DNA from: a virus
Lineage: Duplodnaviria > Caudoviricetes
Length of the DNA stretch: 30,760 bases
IMG/VR virus record: IMGVR_UViG_3300037311_000093
Location: 1 to 30,760 of that record
Strand: one strand, 5' to 3'
The position numbers were made by a program, and so were the translations under genes. Position 1 is the stretch's first letter, and the number at the start of each line of letters is the position of its first letter. The notes under the pieces are model-generated. The model was not told the origin of the DNA. It did not search any database and was given only the letters and a program-made list of their open reading frames with translations. Shown here in pieces: positions 25,774 to 30,760 of this stretch.

Positions 25774-26234
25774 GCGCCGCCATCGCCTTCACCATGTGCC
25801 TACTGGCCGACCTCAACGGCGACTGCACCGTCACCGTGGCCGACGCCGTCGCCGCCGTGCAAGCCGTCCTCGAGGACGAGCCCACGCTCGACCTCAACGG
25901 CGACGGGATCTCCACGGTGGCGGACGTGGTCTTCGTGGTCATCGCCATCAACGCCTGCGCCGGGGAAAACGCCTGCCAGGTCTGTGGCAACTGGCCGGTA
26001 GGCGTGTGGGGTCCCGCGGGCGGTGACTGGTCCATAGCCGTCGGTCAGCTCGCCGCGCCTGGTGTGTGGGTGCAGCTCGCCCACGGGCTCTGGTCCGGGT
26101 GGGTCGCGCTGGCCCCAGGCGAGACCGCCGTCACCGGCGCCCCAGGCGGCGCCGCCTTGCACATCCGCTGCGACTCCATTGGCGCCTCGAGCGCCTTTCT
26201 CTGCGCCTCCACGCAACACCTGGGGACACCATGA
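25770..26234 (+). CDS. Dockerin-like double Ca-binding-loop protein
   Basis: DLNGDCTVTVADAV and DLNGDGISTVADVV; short hydrophobic N-terminus; ATGA overlap. Confidence 0.75.
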   Translation: MSAAIAFTMCLLADLNGDCTVTVADAVAAVQAVLEDEPTLDLNGDGISTVADVVFVVIAINACAGENACQVCGNWPVGVWGPAGGDWSIAVGQLAAPGVWVQLAHGLWSGWVALAPGETAVTGAPGGAALHIRCDSIGASSAFLCASTQHLGTP

Positions 26235-26674
26235 ATGGACACGCTCGAACCTTGGATTATCACGCTGGTCACCGCAGTCATCGCCACGCTCGTGCGGCTC
26301 ATCAAGCCACTGGGCCGGTGGGCTCGCGCCTGGCTGCGGGCGCAGGAGGAGGCCTCGGAGCTCGAGGCGGCGACCTCCCGGCGAAGACGGCGACAGATAG
26401 AGTCCTCGAAGCTATCATCGCCCTCCTCCTCATCGCGACCCTTGTGCTCGCCGTCGCCGGCGGAGGATGCGCCACCACACCCGCCGGCCAAGCGCGGGAA
26501 GCGTGCGCTGAGAAAGTGGCTGAATCGTGCAGCGTCGCGGCGCTCGTAGCCTGCCCGTGGCCGGCGCTCGACGTGGAGACCAGGGAGTGGACGGCGTGGC
26601 GCCAGTGCATCGCGGGCGTCGCGCTGCCCTGCACCTCGGCGGGGATGGTCGAGTGTCTGGCGGTCCAGCCATGA
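26231..26674 (+). CDS. Cys-rich putative lipoprotein, start uncertain
   Basis: Hydrophobic IIALLLIATLVLAVAGGGC followed by six further Cys; stop overlaps the endolysin ATG; the first 45 or so codons look non-coding. Confidence 0.55.
   Translation: MNGHARTLDYHAGHRSHRHARAAHQATGPVGSRLAAGAGGGLGARGGDLPAKTATDRVLEAIIALLLIATLVLAVAGGGCATTPAGQAREACAEKVAESCSVAALVACPWPALDVETREWTAWRQCIAGVALPCTSAGMVECLAVQP
26235..26549 (+). CDS. Membrane protein (holin/spanin-like N-terminus); may be joined to the overlapping frame
   Basis: TM helix WIITLVTAVIATLV followed by basic residues; the distal half looks out of frame. Confidence 0.5.
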   Translation: MDTLEPWIITLVTAVIATLVRLIKPLGRWARAWLRAQEEASELEAATSRRRRRQIESSKLSSPSSSSRPLCSPSPAEDAPPHPPAKRGKRALRKWLNRAASRRS

Positions 26675-27738
26675 GCATCGCCGCCAGCCTCACCGCGTGG
26701 TGGACCCAGCTCCGCGCGCCACGCCTCGCCCACAAGAGCCTGCAACAGGCCAAGGCCGCGCTCGACGCCACCTATGGCCCACCGCAGACGGCCCTAGGCC
26801 GCTTCAACAGGGACTCGGCGGCGCGCCTGGGGTGGACTCCCGGGCTTTGTCCGTTCGAGCTCAAGGGCTGGGACGACGCGGACGGCTTCGCCAAGTGGCA
26901 GGACCAGATCCACACGGAGCCCGATGGGTGGTTTGGCAACAGCTCGTACCACCACCTGATGGCCCGCCACCGTGACCACATCATCGTGGGCGGTTACCCA
27001 TACCCAGCTCCGCCAGGAATCAGTGTGCGCAACTGGCACGCTCCTGGGCCGGGCGTTCGTCGCCTCCCTGGCGATGACCGGAGGGGCAGGGCGGTCAACA
27101 TGGCGGTGGGCCATGAGAGCGTCACGAGCACATGGCGGAGCACCCAGGAAGTCCTGGCTCGCCGCGGGCTGGGCGTACATCTGATGGTGACAGAGGAGGT
27201 GTGTCCGAGTGAGGGTGTCCGGGTGACCCAGCACGCGGACCTGCTGTGGACGAGGCTAGCGCATGCGGCCGGGCAGAACGGCCCGTCGGTCGGCATCGAG
27301 TATGTCAGTCCCTACTACCCCGAGGCCCGGACCCAAATTGAGGCAGAGCTGCCGACCATCACCCCCGCGGGCTGGTCGGATGCAGGGCGCGACGGGCTCA
27401 AGGGCTACCGCATGCTGCCCCCGCGGATGCTCGAGGCAGGGACTATCCTGCTCGAGTGGCTCACCATGCCCGAGGGTCCCGTGGGCATCCCCCGCGAGTG
27501 GCGAGGGCTTGACAAGGCCGCCAAGGCCTTCGCACTCAACCGCATCGGCGGCACCCCCCGCCGGCCCGGTATCTGGGCACACACCTACACTGACCATGCC
27601 GATGGGGCTATCCCCATCTTGTACGCCTGGCTGCGCCTCGAGCGCAGCATGAGCGCCGAGGACGCCTACCGCACCGCCATGGAGCTCGGCCGCACCCCCC
27701 GCAGGACAGCCAATCTCGCGAGCGTAGGCCTCGCATAG
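26671..27738 (+). CDS. Endolysin, N-acetylmuramoyl-L-alanine amidase (Amidase_2-like) with a peptidoglycan-binding segment
   Basis: WQ......DGWFG PG-binding motif; VGHES, GLGVHLMV, AHAAGQNGPSVGIE, IWAH...HAD. Confidence 0.85.
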   Translation: MSIAASLTAWWTQLRAPRLAHKSLQQAKAALDATYGPPQTALGRFNRDSAARLGWTPGLCPFELKGWDDADGFAKWQDQIHTEPDGWFGNSSYHHLMARHRDHIIVGGYPYPAPPGISVRNWHAPGPGVRRLPGDDRRGRAVNMAVGHESVTSTWRSTQEVLARRGLGVHLMVTEEVCPSEGVRVTQHADLLWTRLAHAAGQNGPSVGIEYVSPYYPEARTQIEAELPTITPAGWSDAGRDGLKGYRMLPPRMLEAGTILLEWLTMPEGPVGIPREWRGLDKAAKAFALNRIGGTPRRPGIWAHTYTDHADGAIPILYAWLRLERSMSAEDAYRTAMELGRTPRRTANLASVGLA

Positions 27739-28149
27739 CTCGACCTTCCGCGCCGTCCACACCCACCGCCCCAGCTTCGCATCCCACACATCCGGCGCCG
27801 CGATGGCATCGAGCCGGTCGTACTCCGCCCGCTCGCCGCGGTACAGCGCACGGGTGCGGCGCGTGAGGGCGACGGCATCCGCGAAGTCGAGGACTTGCGC
27901 ACGGGAAGGGGGAGCGGTGGTGGCGCCGCGGGCCCATTGGGTCTTGCCTGCTGCGGTGCTAGGTGGGCCGCCGGCGGGCCCCTTCGTCCACCGATGCGCC
28001 AGGCCATCGGCGGTGAACTCCTCCACCGCGTCTCCGTCCACGTAGCGCTCCGCGATGGCGAGGGCCGCCACGTCGGGGTGGCTGGGGTCGGTGTAGAAGC
28101 GGGTGACCGCCGTTGCCAGGTCGTGGATGACTGTGAGGTGGCTCTGCAT
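27256..28149 (-). CDS. Hypothetical protein; 3' part lies antisense to the endolysin
   Basis: GGAG RBS before ATG 28149, 4 nt after the previous stop; about 137 codons lie outside the endolysin gene. Confidence 0.5.
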   Translation of the reverse strand: MQSHLTVIHDLATAVTRFYTDPSHPDVAALAIAERYVDGDAVEEFTADGLAHRWTKGPAGGPPSTAAGKTQWARGATTAPPSRAQVLDFADAVALTRRTRALYRGERAEYDRLDAIAAPDVWDAKLGRWVWTARKVELCEAYAREIGCPAGGAAELHGGAVGVLGAHAALEAQPGVQDGDSPIGMVSVGVCPDTGPAGGAADAVECEGLGGLVKPSPLAGDAHGTLGHGEPLEQDSPCLEHPRGQHAVALEPVAPCIRPARGGDGRQLCLNLGPGLGVVGTDILDADRRAVLPGRMR

Positions 28150-28153
28150 GGTG

Positions 28154-28453
28154 CTACTCCGGCACGAAAGCGGCCCAGGCGGCGTGGGACTCGCCCCTCT
28201 TGCGATAGCGCTCGACAATGCGAAACCTGCCGCGCGCCTCGAGGGGCCCGCAGCGCACCACGCCATCCTCCTCCGCAGGCTCGACCACGAAGAAGCTGTA
28301 CTCGCCCTCGTGGCCGACGAAGAAGCCGGCGCGCTTCCAGCTCTCGACGCGCCCGGACTTGATGCTGCCTTCAACGCGGACCACGTCGAGGAGCTCCGGC
28401 ACCTTCATGCGGAACGAGCGTCCGGGAACGCTGCCGAATCGCACGGCAATCAT
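28154..28453 (-). CDS. Hypothetical protein
   Basis: ATGA overlap with the upstream gene; 99 aa, beta-rich. Confidence 0.6.
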   Translation of the reverse strand: MIAVRFGSVPGRSFRMKVPELLDVVRVEGSIKSGRVESWKRAGFFVGHEGEYSFFVVEPAEEDGVVRCGPLEARGRFRIVERYRKRGESHAAWAAFVPE

Positions 28454-28905
28454 GGGTTCACACTGGCGCGCAGCGTGCGCGGGTCGAAGTGCCACGAGCC
28501 GGCCTTCTTCCAGGCCGGCACCCGGAAGCGCTGCACGAGCTGCCGAAGCGCGGACTCGTGCACCCCGAGGGAGCGAGCAGCCTCCACCAGCGGCATGGTG
28601 TAGCGCGCCTCCACGTCCTCGAGGACGATTCGCCCGGTGGCCACGTCCTTGCGAGCGAGCATGTCTTGCAGCACGTACCACTCAGGCCGCCGAAGGGTCT
28701 CTGCTGTCACCATCGAGCGGCCCGGCATCATCGCGTGGTCAAGGAGCGGGTTGGCCGCCCCGTAGATGCGCTCCGCCATCATCGGCTCGGTGATGGCCGG
28801 GTCTGCCACCGCGAGCTCTGCCCACTGCATCAGCTCGGCGAGCTCGCCGGTGGGGGCCGGGTAGGTGAGCACGTGTCCCGCTAGCGTCTTCCACTTCCAT
28901 TCCAT
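28450..28905 (-). CDS. Protein with a C-terminal excisionase/MerR-like HTH (HTH_17 type)
   Basis: GGAGGG RBS; MPLVEAARSLGVHESALRQLVQRFRVPAWKKAGSWHFD. Confidence 0.8.
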   Translation of the reverse strand: MEWKWKTLAGHVLTYPAPTGELAELMQWAELAVADPAITEPMMAERIYGAANPLLDHAMMPGRSMVTAETLRRPEWYVLQDMLARKDVATGRIVLEDVEARYTMPLVEAARSLGVHESALRQLVQRFRVPAWKKAGSWHFDPRTLRASVNP

Positions 28906-28923
28906 GGCGCCCTCCAAGGCAGG

Positions 28924-28941
28924 GGCCCCCTTTCGGGGGCC
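28924..28941 (-). other. Intergenic GC hairpin with a GAAA loop
   Basis: GGCCCCC-GAAA-GGGGGCC on the minus strand; no U-tract. Confidence 0.6.
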
Positions 28942-28947
28942 GGTCGG

Positions 28948-29256
28948 TTAGAGAATCTCAGCCACCCCAAGGTAGCGGAGGAAGACCGCCTCCTGGCGGA
29001 AGGTCTCCTTCACGAAGGAGACCAGCTCCGCCACCTTGGCGCCGTCGGTGATGGAGGCCACCGCCACCACGTAGACGCGCGAGGCGTCTTCGTAGAGGCG
29101 GCCGGCGTCCATCCACTGGCCGCGGGCAAGGCCCTCGAGACGGGACAGGCCGCCGAAGAGCGACACGGCCTTGGCCTCGAAGGAAGTGAAGGTGGGGGCG
29201 TCGAACGCCTCGCCCTCGTTGCTGTAGGTGGGGATGAGGAAGGTGACTTCAAACAT
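28948..29256 (-). CDS. DUF3574-like small protein
   Basis: GAGG RBS; LFGGLS...GQWMD....ED.SRVYVV...KETFRQEAVF. Confidence 0.65.
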   Translation of the reverse strand: MFEVTFLIPTYSNEGEAFDAPTFTSFEAKAVSLFGGLSRLEGLARGQWMDAGRLYEDASRVYVVAVASITDGAKVAELVSFVKETFRQEAVFLRYLGVAEIL

Positions 29257-29326
29257 CGGATGACCTCGGGGTCAGGGGCCGGTTGCCGCCGGCTCGGGCC
29301 CACCGCTCTGTGCCGTGGATGAATGC

Positions 29327-29390
29327 ACTATAGAAGGAGTCGGGCGGAGTGTCAACACGTTTTTTGTGTTTAGATGTTTTTTTGTGTTTG
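29327..29390 (-). promoter_or_regulatory. Near-consensus sigma70 promoter with an A-tract UP element
   Basis: Minus strand TTGACA (29355-29350), 17-bp spacer, TATAGT (29332-29327); two AAACACAAAAAA repeats upstream. Confidence 0.85.
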
Positions 29391-29520
29391 TGTGGGTGAG
29401 GCGGAAGGCGGGCGAGGATGCGGGAAGGGGCGTGACACAACCGCTGCGCGCTAGCCGCTGGTTTCGCGTCCTTGTCACGGCGGACGTGCCCAGATGCTTT
29501 GTGCTATCGCGCACCAGTAG

Positions 29521-30760
29521 CTAGTAGCGGTAGTACTCCGGCTTGAAGGGGCCCGAGGTGGGCACGCCGAGGTACTCGGCTTGGTCGGCGCTAAGCTCGG
29601 TGAGCGTGGCGCCGAACTTGTCGAGGTGCAGACGGGCCACCATCTCGTCGAGGTGTTTGGGCAGCGTGACCACGGACTTGCCGTAGCTCTCTGCGTTGGC
29701 CTGAAGCTCGAGCTGCGCCAGCACCTGGTTGGTGAACGACGCCGACATCACGAGGCTCGGGTGACCCGTGGCGCAGCCGAGGTTCACCAGCCGGCCCTCC
29801 GCCAAAATGATGACCGAGTGGCCCTTGCCGCCGGGGCCATGAGTGGTGTCGCGGAAGCGCCACTCGTGGACCTGCGGCTTGATCTCCACCTTCTCCACGA
29901 GGCCCTTGGCGCGGTACTCCTCGAGCCCGGCCATATCGATCTCGTTGTCGAAGTGCCCGATATTGCACACGATCGCGTTGTGTTTCATCCGCTCCATGTG
30001 CTCCACCCGGATGACATCTTTGCATCCCGTGGCGGTGACATAGATGTCGAAGGTGGGCAGCGCCTGCTCCACGGTGACCACGTCGAGCCCGGCCATGCAG
30101 GCCTGCAGGGCACAGATCGGATCGACCTCGGCGATCGACACCTTGGCGTTTTGCCCTTGCAGCGACTGCGCGGAGCCCTTGCCCACGTCGCCGTAGCCCA
30201 TCACCAAAGCGCGTTTGCCCGACAGGAGAACGTCGGTGGCGCGGAAGAGGGCGTCCACCAAGGAGTGCCGACAGCCGTAAATGTTATCGAATTTGCTCTT
30301 GGTGACCGAGTCGTTGACGTTGATGGCCGGAAACAGCAGCGTCCCGGCCTCCACCATCTGATAGAGCCGGTGCACACCCGTGGTGGTCTCCTCGGACACC
30401 CCACGGACCTTCGCGGCGATCCCCTGCCAGAACGAGCCGCCTGCCACCTTGCGCACATCGGCCAAGAGCTGCATCACGATCTGAAGCTCGTGGTTGGTGG
30501 TGCTCGCAGGGTTGGGCACGATGTCGGCGCGCTCGAGCTCCACACCTTTGTGGATGAGGAGCGTGGCGTCGCCGCCGTCGTCCACGATGAGGTCGGGGCC
30601 CTTGCCGTCGGGCCAAATCAGCGCTTGGAGCGTGCACCACCAGTACTCGGGTAGGCTCTCGCCCTTCCAGGCGAACACTGGGCACCCCTTTGGGTTTTGC
30701 GGGGTGCCGCCGCGTTTGGTGGGGCCTACTACCACCGCGGCCGCCGCGTGATCTTGGGTG
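29521..30760 (-). CDS. ahcY: Adenosylhomocysteinase (SAH hydrolase), 5'-partial, probably a host gene
   Basis: [78 protein letters not shown]. Confidence 0.98.
   Translation of the reverse strand, partial: TQDHAAAAVVVGPTKRGGTPQNPKGCPVFAWKGESLPEYWWCTLQALIWPDGKGPDLIVDDGGDATLLIHKGVELERADIVPNPASTTNHELQIVMQLLADVRKVAGGSFWQGIAAKVRGVSEETTTGVHRLYQMVEAGTLLFPAINVNDSVTKSKFDNIYGCRHSLVDALFRATDVLLSGKRALVMGYGDVGKGSAQSLQGQNAKVSIAEVDPICALQACMAGLDVVTVEQALPTFDIYVTATGCKDVIRVEHMERMKHNAIVCNIGHFDNEIDMAGLEEYRAKGLVEKVEIKPQVHEWRFRDTTHGPGGKGHSVIILAEGRLVNLGCATGHPSLVMSASFTNQVLAQLELQANAESYGKSVVTLPKHLDEMVARLHLDKFGATLTELSADQAEYLGVPTSGPFKPEYYRY

Larger units (their letters stand above)
1..29400. mobile_element. Prophage with lambda-like head and Mu-like contractile tail; left end outside window, right boundary approximate
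   Basis: Contiguous replication, packaging, head, tail and lysis genes with overlapping start/stop codons, ending next to the housekeeping gene ahcY. No integrase or att site identified in the window. Confidence 0.92.

Noticed and set aside
29581-30654. 357-aa plus-strand ORF
   Set aside because: Antisense shadow of ahcY.

Overview
GC-rich window made up almost entirely of the right-hand part of a tailed prophage, next to a probable host gene (ahcY, minus strand, runs off the window end). Order: a 5'-truncated P4/D5-type primase-helicase with an in-frame 12-bp tandem array; an inverted-iteron origin; accessory genes (hypothetical, membrane TerB-like, double-HTH regulator); a lambda-like cos region; a lambda-type head module (terminase, gpW, portal, protease-capsid fusion, DUF2190); a Mu-type contractile tail and baseplate; a tail fibre with a Peptidase_G2-like chaperone; an inverted gpZ-like gene; a cassette of signal-peptide proteins; lysis genes; and a leftward operon under a near-consensus sigma70 promoter. 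The most notable observations are (1) a 21-26 bp motif repeated upstream of three late gene starts, (2) apparently exported, Cys-rich proteins with tail-fibre motifs behind one copy of that motif, and (3) a single ORF fusing a small terminase with a duplicated domain to the large terminase. All family assignments come from motif recognition by eye, not from database searches.
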